Shown one piece after another: positions 29,754-40,516 of a stretch of 45,023 nt of DNA. Made by a program: the position numbers and the translations under genes. The notes below the pieces were generated by a model that ran no database searches, was not told the origin of the DNA, and saw only the letters and a program-made list of their open reading frames with translations. The DNA is from Pelagibacteraceae bacterium AG-422-B15 (lineage in GTDB: Bacteria > Pseudomonadota > Alphaproteobacteria > Pelagibacterales > AG-422-B15): contig CAJJBM010000012.1 in the NCBI GenBank assembly GCA_905182445.1, positions 1 through 45,023 of the forward strand, in the 5' to 3' direction. Every line of letters starts with the position of its first letter. The first letter of the stretch is position 1.

Positions 29754-30968
29754 TTATCTAGCAAATCGTCTTAGACCATCTGGAGAATAAAAATTCATTC
29801 CCATATTGACCGTATCATATTCAAGTTCAAGATCATCATGACCTGCACCTAAAGTATTCTGGATCACAAAAGCTCTTGTTGCAAAATCCATAGTTTGCTC
29901 ACCATTGAATTGACAATTTCCTGCAGCAACGTCCAATCCACGCGAACCAAGTTGATGTTTAGCTAAATTACCTTGACCATCATAATGATCTCTAACCATA
30001 ATTGCATTATGTTCGTCAGTGCTTACATACATCATTTGTCTTGGAAATATATGTCGAGAACCTTCTTTTAAAGTTGCTTCAACAATTGCTACTTCACGCT
30101 CTTCATATCTGTATAGACTAGGATCAACAAAGTTTCTGCTTGAAGTAATTTTTTCAGCCGCACCAACATCTCCCAATCTTGAATTATTATGAGGAATTAA
30201 CATCATTTTTTTACCAACTAAATTCCAATCAAAACGATCTTGGGCACCAGTAAACATATTGTATGAATCAATAGTTGCTAAACCGCCTGTTTGATCAACG
30301 AAAGAATCATATGATACATCAGGTGCTCTTCGCACTCGACGTGTTGCTGGACTATACTGCCATGCTTTACGTTGCTCAACTGCGCTATCATATGGATCAT
30401 GTAACATAGTTAATGTACCGGCAATTCTTGCAGGTGACATATTCTTAACCATGTATAGAGCATAAATGTTTTCATCGACTAAACCTCTTAAAGGAGAATT
30501 TAAAGCGCCAGGAAATTCGATATAATTATCGCCCTTACCAACTGATGTCGTGCCATCATTTTTAACAATGTATGCTGTTAAAGTTCTATGAATACTAGCA
30601 TTGTAATGTGGAGCCGATCTATGGTTCCAAATATAATGCTGGGCTTCGGTTGGATTTGGAAAAGGCTTTCCGCCTATTGTGTTCCACTCAATACCCTCAT
30701 TACCATTAACCATTTTAGAATTACTACCACTTACTGCTCTTACAGCGTCAGGTATTCTACATTCAGCAGATGTTGCATAAACGTCAATTCTATAGTCTGC
30801 ATAGCTTTCGAATGCCTTCATCTGACCTTCTGTTAACTTATCAGCATGCTGCATATAGTTTGAACTATCTACAGAATACGATGGGCTTTCTGCCGAAGCA
30901 ATAACTACACTCATTAAAGAGGCTATAGTTACGAAAGTAACCGATTTTATTAGTTTAATTATTTTCAT
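29754..30968 (-). CDS. DUF1329 family periplasmic protein (LolA-like fold reported for the family)
   Basis: Signal peptide, PFP.P, RKAWQYSPATRRVRRAP, MFTGAQDRFDWNLVGKK..LIP.N, FYSPDGLRR. AAGGAG SD upstream. Confidence 0.92.
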   Translation of the reverse strand: MKIIKLIKSVTFVTIASLMSVVIASAESPSYSVDSSNYMQHADKLTEGQMKAFESYADYRIDVYATSAECRIPDAVRAVSGSNSKMVNGNEGIEWNTIGGKPFPNPTEAQHYIWNHRSAPHYNASIHRTLTAYIVKNDGTTSVGKGDNYIEFPGALNSPLRGLVDENIYALYMVKNMSPARIAGTLTMLHDPYDSAVEQRKAWQYSPATRRVRRAPDVSYDSFVDQTGGLATIDSYNMFTGAQDRFDWNLVGKKMMLIPHNNSRLGDVGAAEKITSSRNFVDPSLYRYEEREVAIVEATLKEGSRHIFPRQMMYVSTDEHNAIMVRDHYDGQGNLAKHQLGSRGLDVAAGNCQFNGEQTMDFATRAFVIQNTLGAGHDDLELEYDTVNMGMNFYSPDGLRRFAR

Positions 30969-30986
30969 GTTCTATTTCTCCTTAAA

Positions 30987-33900
30987 TTAAAATGCGTATG
31001 AGACAGATGCCGATAACGTATCTTTATCTATAGATATATTACTTTCAGCGTCACCTAATTGATTAACATACGATAATGAAGCGCTTACTGCACCTTTAGT
31101 AGCACCTAGGCCTAATGCAAGTGACATTCTACCTTCAACAAAACCACCTAAAGACGACGGTCCGTATCCATAAGGATCATGTGACCATGCAAAATTAGGT
31201 CTTACACTCCATTGCGTATTTGCAAAGTTATTGTATGTTGCTGCTCCTATTAATCTATATGACAATGAAGTTGTTCCGGCACCTGGATTATCTTCACAGT
31301 AACCACCGTTACCGAACAAGCCATCAGTTTGTGACGACCCAATTGCAGTAACAGATTTAGTGGCTGTATAAACATTGGATGTACCAAAAGCACCTTTACA
31401 CTTTTCCGATGAATCTCCACTTTCAGAAAAACCTCCACGAGCAACATAACCACTAGAATTATCTAGATCGGCGATTGTAACCATAGCTAATTCAGTTAGG
31501 AACACAACACTATCAGCGCCAAGTCCGACAGTAATCGGGTGAGAAGCATTGAATGCAGAAGTTGTTCCAATATCAGCTGACCACACATCATACTCTATAA
31601 ATGGAGTAGAATAATAGTCTCCTGCAATTACTGTAGCTGTAGAGATTGCTGGTAATGATGAACGCTTAAAGTCACGCAGTGCCGTAGTATAGGCTGCAGT
31701 GCTTTGAGTTGTATAAGCACCTGTTGCACCAAGTACCTGATAACCAAGGGCCATTTGTAGACCATCACCTAATGATGTGCTACCAGCACCAAGTGCATCA
31801 GCATCAGTAGCCGCTGTACGTCCTAAACCATCAAGTTGGTTAAAAGCTACCCAGTTTAATGTTTGAGTTGCACCAGAAGCATCTGCTAATTGGTTAACCT
31901 GACTGCCACCTGGCGTTGCCAGTGGGAAATCCGGTCTATAACTTAATTCCCCTTGAACCACAGTACCGTCAACAACGGTGCTGAAACTAGTTCCAAAGAT
32001 TTGATTATCTTCGGGAAAGATAAAGTCATATTCAAAGTAATTCATAGGAGTAATTGCCGCACCAATGATTGCACCAGTTCCCATTATTGCTAAATGAGTA
32101 TCTTTAGCACCACCAGTTTTATCTGTTCCTGATGCACTACCAAATGCTGAAACACCTCCAGCAGCATGTCTTGTGTCTGAAGTTGTATTAGCTGCTGTTG
32201 CAAACCCACCACATTTATTTGGATCATGCGCTTTACTTTTAACTCCAGTAATTGCAGTAGACATCATAGCATTTGCCCATGCTGCACGCTCTTGTACTGA
32301 CGTAGTGAATTTGTTACCTGTTGCACCACCACTATAAATAGCTGTAAAAGCTTTACCTAATGCGGCATTACAGATCGCTGAACTATAAGCAATTTCTTGG
32401 ATCCCTTTAACAATATTTTGTCCAAAAGTGTTGCCTGTAAAAGCTGTGTTGTAAGCACCACCAGATTTAAATGCAGCCAGTGCACTAAAGTTGTTATCCA
32501 TTTGGTCATAGACTGCTGCGTTAAACAATCCGTATAGATCGCCAGCGAATAATCCTTTTTGACCCTTAACTCTTAAGTAAGGTACTTTACTGTGATAGTT
32601 AGAATAGTAGAACGATAAATCAATTCCGCCCGCTGTATCAATGTAACTTGTAAGTTTAAGTCCAAACTGACCATCACTTCTAGCATGCTTAAATTTACCA
32701 TCATCAGCAACAGAAATTTGCACGCCACCGATACGTTCAGTAGGTCTAACTGTATGAGAGCCAGCAAGTGTCATTGCTTCTAAAAAGCCAGCCGTAGTAT
32801 TTTGATAAAATGCGCTACCCGCTGTTGTTGCTGTTGTTAAATCTGCAACAGTTTTACCCGATGGTAAACCAGTAGTTAAAGTTGAAAATGTATTTTGTGC
32901 TAAGCTAGCTGACCCAAATACTTTAGTAGTTGTAATTCCTTGACCAATTGCAGTAGCAGTTTGCGAAGCTGAAGATCCAGCTGCCAAATCAAATGCGGCA
33001 TCTAAGAAGGTATCAGCTGAATAAGCTCCAGTACTAGCAGTAGCATAAATTGCATCAGTACAATTTGCAGTGCTTGCTGCATAAGTTAACTGATATGGAC
33101 AAGTATTAGAATTTTCATCTTGGAAAGAACCGCCAGCAATTAAGCCTGCTTCACCCGTACCAACAACTTCACTACCAAAAAATGATCCCGCAACATCTAG
33201 CTGAACCATGTCAGTTTGAAATTGGTAATATCCTTCAATACCAATACCATCAATATTAGATGCTAAAACAATTTGTTCTACTGGCATTAGTGCTTCTTTA
33301 ATAGAAGAACCAGGTGCTCTTAATTTTGTTAAATCTAAAGCGCCGGTTACTAAACCGTTAGCAGTAACTGGAATAAAAGTTGCTTCACCCCAACTAATTA
33401 CTGATCGCCCGATAGTTGCATCAATAAAGTTGTTACCAGTATCAAATTCAGTAGTGATATAGGCATTCAATAAAGATAAGTTTTGCTCTTGTTGCTCTAA
33501 AGCGTCTGATTTTAATGTTTTAAAGAGTGGTGCATTAATATCATTCACTGGATTTACGTGTCCAGTTAATGAAAGGTTTATGCCAACCCCATTAGTGTTA
33601 CCGATAATTTCAGTATAAAATTTTTGTGTAGCATTAACAATATCACCATTGTCAAAGTTTAAATTGCCATCATCAGAATTAGGGTTACTGCCGGCGATGT
33701 TTATATATTCAGTTGAGGTGTTGCCATAAGCATCAGTTCTATATCCTGAACATCCTGCTCCATTTTGTGAATAAATTGAACCCCATGCACCTACCACACT
33801 AGTATGTTGATAGCCAAAATTTACACTACAATCTCTTTCTGAAGCTCTCATTGTGAATCCAGAAGATAAAGTAGTATTGATTGTTCCGGAAAAATTTTCA

Positions 33901-33995
33901 GTATTAATCTCTTGTGCAGAGACTACTGACAAAGAAGTTACAGTAAAAATTAAAACCGTAATTAATTTTACTATTTGTGATTGTATTGTGTGCAT
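30987..33995 (-). CDS. DUF1302 family outer-membrane beta-barrel, unusually large (1002 aa)
   Basis: NSDDGNLNF, GR..ISWGEATF, D..KLRAPG..IKE, GQFG, YYSNYHSKVP, FPED..IFGTSFST, GELSYRP, C-terminal SVSYAF. Adjacent to DUF1329. Confidence 0.9.
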   Translation of the reverse strand: MHTIQSQIVKLITVLIFTVTSLSVVSAQEINTENFSGTINTTLSSGFTMRASERDCSVNFGYQHTSVVGAWGSIYSQNGAGCSGYRTDAYGNTSTEYINIAGSNPNSDDGNLNFDNGDIVNATQKFYTEIIGNTNGVGINLSLTGHVNPVNDINAPLFKTLKSDALEQQEQNLSLLNAYITTEFDTGNNFIDATIGRSVISWGEATFIPVTANGLVTGALDLTKLRAPGSSIKEALMPVEQIVLASNIDGIGIEGYYQFQTDMVQLDVAGSFFGSEVVGTGEAGLIAGGSFQDENSNTCPYQLTYAASTANCTDAIYATASTGAYSADTFLDAAFDLAAGSSASQTATAIGQGITTTKVFGSASLAQNTFSTLTTGLPSGKTVADLTTATTAGSAFYQNTTAGFLEAMTLAGSHTVRPTERIGGVQISVADDGKFKHARSDGQFGLKLTSYIDTAGGIDLSFYYSNYHSKVPYLRVKGQKGLFAGDLYGLFNAAVYDQMDNNFSALAAFKSGGAYNTAFTGNTFGQNIVKGIQEIAYSSAICNAALGKAFTAIYSGGATGNKFTTSVQERAAWANAMMSTAITGVKSKAHDPNKCGGFATAANTTSDTRHAAGGVSAFGSASGTDKTGGAKDTHLAIMGTGAIIGAAITPMNYFEYDFIFPEDNQIFGTSFSTVVDGTVVQGELSYRPDFPLATPGGSQVNQLADASGATQTLNWVAFNQLDGLGRTAATDADALGAGSTSLGDGLQMALGYQVLGATGAYTTQSTAAYTTALRDFKRSSLPAISTATVIAGDYYSTPFIEYDVWSADIGTTSAFNASHPITVGLGADSVVFLTELAMVTIADLDNSSGYVARGGFSESGDSSEKCKGAFGTSNVYTATKSVTAIGSSQTDGLFGNGGYCEDNPGAGTTSLSYRLIGAATYNNFANTQWSVRPNFAWSHDPYGYGPSSLGGFVEGRMSLALGLGATKGAVSASLSYVNQLGDAESNISIDKDTLSASVSYAF

Positions 33996-34069
33996 GTTTT
34001 ATTCCCCAATTAACATATTAAATTTGTACGAGTAATAGCTTTTTTTATAGATCCCACTCGATTGCGATC

Positions 34070-34098
34070 ATTACACGAAAAAACTAAAGAATAGTCAA
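34070..34098 (-). promoter_or_regulatory. putative promoter of the DUF1302-DUF1329 operon
   Basis: Minus strand TTGACT (34098-34093), 17 bp spacer, TGTAAT (34075-34070). Confidence 0.45.
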
Positions 34099-34278
34099 GA
34101 ATTATATATAATAATTAAGCTTATCAATTAACTGTTTTAAATAGTTACATTATATATGTATTCAAATTACATATTTAATTATGCAAATTAGACTTTGTGT
34201 ATCCGAAAATTAGAGTATTTTGGCTTAATTCAAACTATTTAATGATTTTTAGGATAAATTCATCACATATTACATAAA

Positions 34279-35004
34279 TTAAAGTCTATTTGAAGCATGG
34301 GCTTTCTTAATAGATTTAACTAGAGCTGTTTGGTTGGGTTTTCTAGCAATATAAATATATTTAAATTTATATTGCCTAAGTGGCTTTGCAGCACGCTCAC
34401 TAATACTATACGTGTTTATTTTCTTAACATCTGATAAAATCTTATACTTCGATACAAGGTTTAAAAAAGTATCTACAGACAATAATGAATAGAAAACAAT
34501 ACCTCTAACTTTATTTAGTTTTAAATTATTAATTATGTGTTTTGATAATTTTTTCGAAGGAAGTGTCTTATAAATTGTTTTTTTTTGAATATTTAATTTA
34601 TTTTTTTTGGCTTTGATAAAAAAATCTTTATTTATAATATTGCTACCAAAGTAAATAAAATTAACTTTTGAATTTATTTGGGTATTTAAAATTTTTATCA
34701 ACGAGTCGCCGTCTTCAGATACCGCCAATACCCTCTTACAACCTAACTTAATTAGAGCTTGTTTTACTTTTTTTCCAATAGCAAATATATTTGCATTTTT
34801 AAATTTATAAATTTGTTTACTATTGATCAAGCTTTTAACAGAATGAATACTTGGAAAAATATAGTAATTATTTTTATCATAAGCAATTTTATTTTTATGA
34901 TATTTAAAGCTGTATAAACTTTCTTGACAGGTTTCATAGCCCTTAGAAGTAAGTAATAATTCTAAATCTTTTGATTGTTCTTTAGGGCGAGTAATTAAAA
35001 TCAT
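34279..35004 (-). CDS. hemD: uroporphyrinogen-III synthase
   Basis: MILITRP, FAIG, YKT, FYS, SISER, ARKPNQ. Overlaps the end of hemC. Confidence 0.88.
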   Translation of the reverse strand: MILITRPKEQSKDLELLLTSKGYETCQESLYSFKYHKNKIAYDKNNYYIFPSIHSVKSLINSKQIYKFKNANIFAIGKKVKQALIKLGCKRVLAVSEDGDSLIKILNTQINSKVNFIYFGSNIINKDFFIKAKKNKLNIQKKTIYKTLPSKKLSKHIINNLKLNKVRGIVFYSLLSVDTFLNLVSKYKILSDVKKINTYSISERAAKPLRQYKFKYIYIARKPNQTALVKSIKKAHASNRL

Positions 35005-35950
35005 TTTTTAAGTTATCCAATTCTTTGATAAAGCCTAGACCAACTTCATCAATAATTATATTACCTACTTTATTAGCAAGGTTGATTGACTCTTCTAATT
35101 TCCCAGATGCTTTTGCAACATATTTTTCTAGACCATTGTGACTGAATAACTCAGCTTTAATAGTAAAAAAATTTTTGTTATCGATGAATGCAAAAACACC
35201 AATAGGGCTATTACAATTAACTTGTAAAATTTCTAAAACTTTTCTTTCTGCTGTTCCTATGATTGATGAGCTTTTATGATTAGTATTAGAAATTAAATTT
35301 ATTAATTCACTATCACCATCTAATGTTTGTACACCTATAGATGCCTGACAAGCTGGAGGTAAAATTTCACTAGTTGAAAATACCTGAGTAGCTCGATTTT
35401 CAAGTCCTAATCTTTTGATACCACCATACCCAAGGATCAATGCATTATACTGTCCCTGATCAAGCTTTTGAATTCTAGTATCAACATTGCCTCTAATTAA
35501 TTTGATACATAAATCACTTCGCAAATTCAACACTTGCGATCTTCTTCTTATTGAGCTGGTTCCAATTACAGAATTAGGTTTAAGTTGCATAATTGTTTGG
35601 TTTTGATCACCAATTAAAACTTCTCTCTCATCGCCTCTTGATAGCCAGGCAGTAATTTTAAGTCCTGGAGTCAATATTGTAGGCATATCTTTCATCGAAT
35701 GAACTGCTACATCAATTTCTTTATCAAGAAGCATTTGCTCTATTTCTTTTACAAATAAACCCTTGCCACCTATTAGATCTAAACGATCTTTTTGATTAAT
35801 ATCGCCTGAAGTTATAATGGGCTTAATTTGAATATTTTCTCTATTAAAATCAGAATTTTCTTTTAAAAAAGCTTCTATGAACTCATTAGTTTGAGCCAGC
35901 GCCATTCTACTGTTTCTTGATCCAACGATTAATTTTTTTTCAGAATTCAT
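34982..35950 (-). CDS. hemC: hydroxymethylbilane synthase
   Basis: GSR.SRMALAQ, GGKGLFVKEIE, AVHSMKDMP, GTSSIRR, RGNVDTR, C.SPIG. Confidence 0.97.
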   Translation of the reverse strand: MNSEKKLIVGSRNSRMALAQTNEFIEAFLKENSDFNRENIQIKPIITSGDINQKDRLDLIGGKGLFVKEIEQMLLDKEIDVAVHSMKDMPTILTPGLKITAWLSRGDEREVLIGDQNQTIMQLKPNSVIGTSSIRRRSQVLNLRSDLCIKLIRGNVDTRIQKLDQGQYNALILGYGGIKRLGLENRATQVFSTSEILPPACQASIGVQTLDGDSELINLISNTNHKSSSIIGTAERKVLEILQVNCNSPIGVFAFIDNKNFFTIKAELFSHNGLEKYVAKASGKLEESINLANKVGNIIIDEVGLGFIKELDNLKNDFNYSP

Positions 35951-36076
35951 TAGTATTTAGTATAAATAATTTTTAAACTTATTGGATTAGTTTTTTTAAG
36001 GTTATCTGTGTATATTTCTTTATACTTTTAGCAGGGAATTTAAATAAATATCGAGTTTTTTTAAATAAAATTAAAT

Positions 36077-37156
36077 ATGAATCAAAAAAGAGTAGTTTTA
36101 GGAATAGAGTCAAGTTGTGATGAAACCTCTGTCTCAATTGTAAGAGAGAAATCAGCTAGTGATCAGGAAATTCTATCTAATATAGTTAATTCACAAATTA
36201 AACTGCATGAGAAAAGTGGCGGAGTCATTCCTGAAATAGCAGCTAGATCTCATTCAATGGTAATTGATAAATTAATTAGTGAGGCTCTATCAAAAGCAAA
36301 AATTAAATTAAGCCAGATAGATGCTGTTGCAGCAACTGCCGGACCTGGATTATTGGGTGGCTTAATTGTAGGCGTTGTTGCCGCTAAGACATTAGCTTCA
36401 GTTATAGGTAAGCCTTTTATTGCTATTAATCATCTTGAAGGTCATGCACTTTCAGCAAAACTCGAACATGAAATAGAATATCCATATTTATTATTATTAG
36501 TTTCAGGTGGTCATACTGAATTTACAATAATAAATAATTTTAATAATTATAGTAGAATTGGAACAACCTTGGATGATGCTTTAGGTGAAGCATTTGATAA
36601 AAGTGCAAGAGTATTAGGTTTAAAATATCCTGGTGGCCCTGAGATTGAAAAGTATGCACTACAAGGTGATGAAGAAAAATATATCTTCCCTAAACCTATC
36701 ATAAGCCAAAAAAACTGTCATTTTTCTTTCTCAGGTTTAAAAACTGCCGTGGCACAAAAAGTGGCCATGACTAAGATTAAAAATAAGAAATTTAAATATG
36801 ATGTTGCTGCTTCTTTTCAAAAAACTATATGTGACATATTAGAAGTAAAAACTAAAAATGCGATCAATGAATTCAAGAAAATTTATCCAAATAAGAAAGT
36901 TTCTATAGTAGTTGCTGGTGGAGTAGCTGCAAATAAGAAAATTAGAAAAATATTTTTTAATATTGGAGAAAAAAATAACTATAATATTTTTTTTCCTTCA
37001 CTTTATTTATGTACTGATAATGCCGCAATGATCGCCTACGCTGGTCTCGAAAGACTTAAAAGAAAGAAAACTAATAGTCTTACTTTTAAGCCTAAACCAA
37101 GATGGCCACTGGACAAAAAAGCAATCTTCTTAAAAGGGAAAAGAGTAGATGCATAA
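36077..37156 (+). CDS. tsaD: tRNA N6-adenosine threonylcarbamoyltransferase
   Basis: GIESSCDET, GGVIPEIAARSH, NHLEGH, VSGGHT, GEAFDK, CTDNAAMIA. Confidence 0.98.
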   Translation: MNQKRVVLGIESSCDETSVSIVREKSASDQEILSNIVNSQIKLHEKSGGVIPEIAARSHSMVIDKLISEALSKAKIKLSQIDAVAATAGPGLLGGLIVGVVAAKTLASVIGKPFIAINHLEGHALSAKLEHEIEYPYLLLLVSGGHTEFTIINNFNNYSRIGTTLDDALGEAFDKSARVLGLKYPGGPEIEKYALQGDEEKYIFPKPIISQKNCHFSFSGLKTAVAQKVAMTKIKNKKFKYDVAASFQKTICDILEVKTKNAINEFKKIYPNKKVSIVVAGGVAANKKIRKIFFNIGEKNNYNIFFPSLYLCTDNAAMIAYAGLERLKRKKTNSLTFKPKPRWPLDKKAIFLKGKRVDA

Positions 37157-38147
37157 AAATCCAGTTATTGGAATTATCGGTGCTGGTGCATGGGGCACTA
37201 CTATTGCTAAATTATTAAGTGATAAAAATTCCAATGTATTGTTGTGGGCAAAAGAAATACAGGTAAAAAAAGATATTGAAAAGTTTAGAATTAATAAATC
37301 TTTTTTAAATAAAATTAAACTTAAGAAATCATTAAAGATAACTAATGATCTAGATGATTTAAGAAATTTAGATTTTCTTTTTATTGTTGTTCCTACTCAG
37401 TATATTCAAATGACATTAAGGCCTTTAAAAAAGATAATTAAAAAAGATTGTATGCTAATAAATTGTTCAAAAGGAATAGATATAAAATCAACTTCATTAA
37501 TAAGTGAAGTGATAGGCAAATTACTTCCTCACAATAAAATAGCAGTTATGTCAGGCCCAAATTTTGCTCTTGAAATTGCTCTTGGTAAACCAACAGCTTC
37601 TTTAATTGCAGCAAAAAAATTATCTGACGCTAAACAAATAGCAGACTTAATAAGTTCTAAAACATTTAGACCATATTTATCAACTGATATTATTGGTGCT
37701 CAAATCTGTGGTGCTATGAAAAATGTTTATGCAATCGGCTGTGGCATCATAGTTGGAAAAAAATTTGGTGAAAATGCAGTAGCTTCTGTAATTGCGAGAA
37801 GTTTTGCAGAAATAAAATCTGTTGGTAAAAAACTAAATGTGCAATCAGAAACACTATCGGGTTTGTCAGGTCTGGGTGATTTATTTCTTACTTGCTCGTC
37901 AAAAAAATCTAGAAACTTTTCTCTTGGTTTTGATTTAGCTAAAGGAAAAAAACTAGGCAATATTTTAGAAAATAAAAAAACTATAGCTGAAGGTGCTTAT
38001 ACAGTTACGGCAATAAAAAAGTTAGGAACAAAACTAAAATTATCCCTACCACTTAATGACGCTATATATAAAATTTTGTATCAAGAAAAAAACATTAATA
38101 AGACTATAAGTGAATTATTAAATAGACCAATAGTTAAGGAGAATTAA
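37149..38147 (+). CDS. gpsA: NAD(P)H-dependent glycerol-3-phosphate dehydrogenase
   Basis: GAGAWGT, SKGI, SGPNFA, KNVYAI, GLSGLGDL.LTC...SRN. Confidence 0.97.
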   Translation: MHKNPVIGIIGAGAWGTTIAKLLSDKNSNVLLWAKEIQVKKDIEKFRINKSFLNKIKLKKSLKITNDLDDLRNLDFLFIVVPTQYIQMTLRPLKKIIKKDCMLINCSKGIDIKSTSLISEVIGKLLPHNKIAVMSGPNFALEIALGKPTASLIAAKKLSDAKQIADLISSKTFRPYLSTDIIGAQICGAMKNVYAIGCGIIVGKKFGENAVASVIARSFAEIKSVGKKLNVQSETLSGLSGLGDLFLTCSSKKSRNFSLGFDLAKGKKLGNILENKKTIAEGAYTVTAIKKLGTKLKLSLPLNDAIYKILYQEKNINKTISELLNRPIVKEN

Positions 38148-38148
38148 A

Positions 38149-38562
38149 ATGGAATACTGGTTAATGAAATCTGAACCAAGTACGTGGTCTTGGGAACAAC
38201 AAGTTAAAGTTGGGTCTAAAGGCGAAGGCTGGGATGGTGTAAGAAATTATCAAGCATCTAATAACATGAAGAAAATGAAAAAAGGCGACTTATGTTTCTT
38301 TTATCACTCTGTAAAAGAACGGGACATTATCGGCATAGTTAAAGTAAAGAAAGAATATCATCCTGATCCAACGGATAAAAGTGAGCGATTTGGAATGGTC
38401 ACTGTGGTAGCGGTAAAACCCCTAAAAAATACAGTCAACCTTGATCAGATAAAAAATGATGAGAGGCTTATTCATTTGGCACTGGTAAAACAATCAAGAC
38501 TCTCTGTTATGCCTATAGATGCTAAGTCATGGAAGATTATTTGCAATTTAGGTGGGATTTAA
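38149..38562 (+). CDS. EVE domain protein
   Basis: [29 protein letters not shown]. Confidence 0.95.
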   Translation: MEYWLMKSEPSTWSWEQQVKVGSKGEGWDGVRNYQASNNMKKMKKGDLCFFYHSVKERDIIGIVKVKKEYHPDPTDKSERFGMVTVVAVKPLKNTVNLDQIKNDERLIHLALVKQSRLSVMPIDAKSWKIICNLGGI

Positions 38563-38575
38563 TAAGATATTTTCC

Positions 38576-40516
38576 ATGTCAGACAATAAGATTTTTAAAG
38601 TAAGTGAAGAATGGTCAAAAAATACTTTAATTAATGCAGACCAATATGAATCTGATTACTTAAAATCTTTTAATAATAATGAAGAATTTTGGAAAGAGCA
38701 GGGTAACCGTATTGATTGGGTTACTCCGTATACCAAAGTCAAAGATGTTTCATATCAACAAAAAGATTTCAAAATAAAATGGTATTATGATGGTGAGTTA
38801 AATGCCTCAACAAACTGTATTGATAGACACCTAGCTACTAAAGCAAACCAAACAGCAATTATTTGGGAAAGCGATGATCCATCTCAATCAAAATATATTA
38901 CTTATAAAGAATTACATGAAGAAGTTTGTAAGTTAGCTAATGGTCTAAAATCACTTGATGTTAAAAAAGGAGATCGCGTAACAATTTATATGCCTATGAT
39001 TCCAGAGGCAGCTTATGCAATGTTAGCCTGTGCACGAATTGGTGCAATTCATTCAGTTGTATTTGGTGGTTTTTCACCTGATGCACTTGCCGGTCGAATA
39101 AGTGACTGTAAATCTGATATTATAATAACTTCCGATGAAGGTGTTAGAGGAAATAAAGCTATTCCATTAAAAGCAAATACTGATGCTGCAATGAATATTG
39201 CAGGTAATGTTAGGCACTGTATTGTTGTAAAACGAACTGGTAATAAAATTGATTGGGAGGAAGGAAGAGATATTTGGTATGAAGATTTAACCAGTCAATC
39301 TGCATCTGATTGTGAACCAGAAGTGATGTCTGCTGAAGACCCTCTATTTATTCTTTATACCTCTGGCTCAACTGGAAAACCAAAAGGTGTTCTACACACG
39401 ACTGGTGGTTACATGGTTTATGCATCAATGACACATGAGTATGTTTTCGATTATAAGCCTGGAGACATCTATTGGTGTACTGCAGATGTGGGCTGGGTAA
39501 CTGGTCATAGCTATATTGTTTATGGACCGCTTGCAAATGGTGCCACTACTTTAATGTTTGAGGGTGTACCAAATTATCCTGATGCCTCAAGATTTTGGCA
39601 AGTAGTTGATAAACATAAAGTAAACATTTTTTATACAGCGCCAACCGCATTGCGCGCTCTTATGCGTGAGGGTGATGGTCCAGTTAAAAAAACAGATCGT
39701 TCAAGTTTGAAGTTATTAGGTTCAGTAGGTGAGCCTATTAATCCTGAAGCTTGGATGTGGTATTATAACGTTATTGGTGAAAAAAAATGTCCCATTGTTG
39801 ATACTTGGTGGCAAACCGAAACAGGTGGAATTTTAATATCTGCTTTACCAGGTGCAATTGATCAAAAACCTGGTTCAGCCACAAAACCATTTTTTGGAAT
39901 TAAACCAGAAATTGTTGATGCAGAAGGTAATGTTCTTGATGGTCCGTGTGAAGGATCATTATGTTTAGCAGACTCATGGCCAGGGCAAATGCGATCACTT
40001 TATGGTGATCATGAAAGATTTATAACTACTTATTTTTCTCAGTTTGAGGGTAAATATTTTACAGGTGATGGATGCCGAAGAGATGAAGATGGTTATTACT
40101 GGATTACAGGCAGAGTCGATGATGTAATAAATGTATCTGGACATCGAATGGGTACCGCAGAAGTAGAGTCAGCTTTAGTTGCGCATCCTAAAGTTAGTGA
40201 GGCTGCAGTTGTAGGCTATCCTCATGATATTAAGGGACAAGGAATTTATGCCTATGTAACTCTTAACGCTAACGCGCCAAGTTCTGAAGAATTATACAAA
40301 GAATTGATTGCATGGGTAAGAAAAGAAATTGGACCGATTGCTTCACCAGATTTAATTCAGTGGGCTCCTGGATTGCCAAAAACTAGATCAGGTAAAATTA
40401 TGCGGAGGATTTTAAGAAAAATTGCAGAAAACGATTTCAGTAATCTTGGCGATACATCGACCCTAGCTGATCCTTCGGTCGTAGCTGATCTAATCAATAA
40501 TCGGATGAATAAATAA
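38576..40516 (+). CDS. acs: acetyl-CoA synthetase (ATG 38576 preferred over GTG 38552)
   Basis: [46 protein letters not shown]. Confidence 0.98.
   Translation: MSDNKIFKVSEEWSKNTLINADQYESDYLKSFNNNEEFWKEQGNRIDWVTPYTKVKDVSYQQKDFKIKWYYDGELNASTNCIDRHLATKANQTAIIWESDDPSQSKYITYKELHEEVCKLANGLKSLDVKKGDRVTIYMPMIPEAAYAMLACARIGAIHSVVFGGFSPDALAGRISDCKSDIIITSDEGVRGNKAIPLKANTDAAMNIAGNVRHCIVVKRTGNKIDWEEGRDIWYEDLTSQSASDCEPEVMSAEDPLFILYTSGSTGKPKGVLHTTGGYMVYASMTHEYVFDYKPGDIYWCTADVGWVTGHSYIVYGPLANGATTLMFEGVPNYPDASRFWQVVDKHKVNIFYTAPTALRALMREGDGPVKKTDRSSLKLLGSVGEPINPEAWMWYYNVIGEKKCPIVDTWWQTETGGILISALPGAIDQKPGSATKPFFGIKPEIVDAEGNVLDGPCEGSLCLADSWPGQMRSLYGDHERFITTYFSQFEGKYFTGDGCRRDEDGYYWITGRVDDVINVSGHRMGTAEVESALVAHPKVSEAAVVGYPHDIKGQGIYAYVTLNANAPSSEELYKELIAWVRKEIGPIASPDLIQWAPGLPKTRSGKIMRRILRKIAENDFSNLGDTSTLADPSVVADLINNRMNK

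Noticed and set aside
38149-38562. EVE domain as part of a modification-dependent defence system
   Set aside because: Stand-alone, in the common tsaD-gpsA-EVE-acs context, with no nuclease partner.
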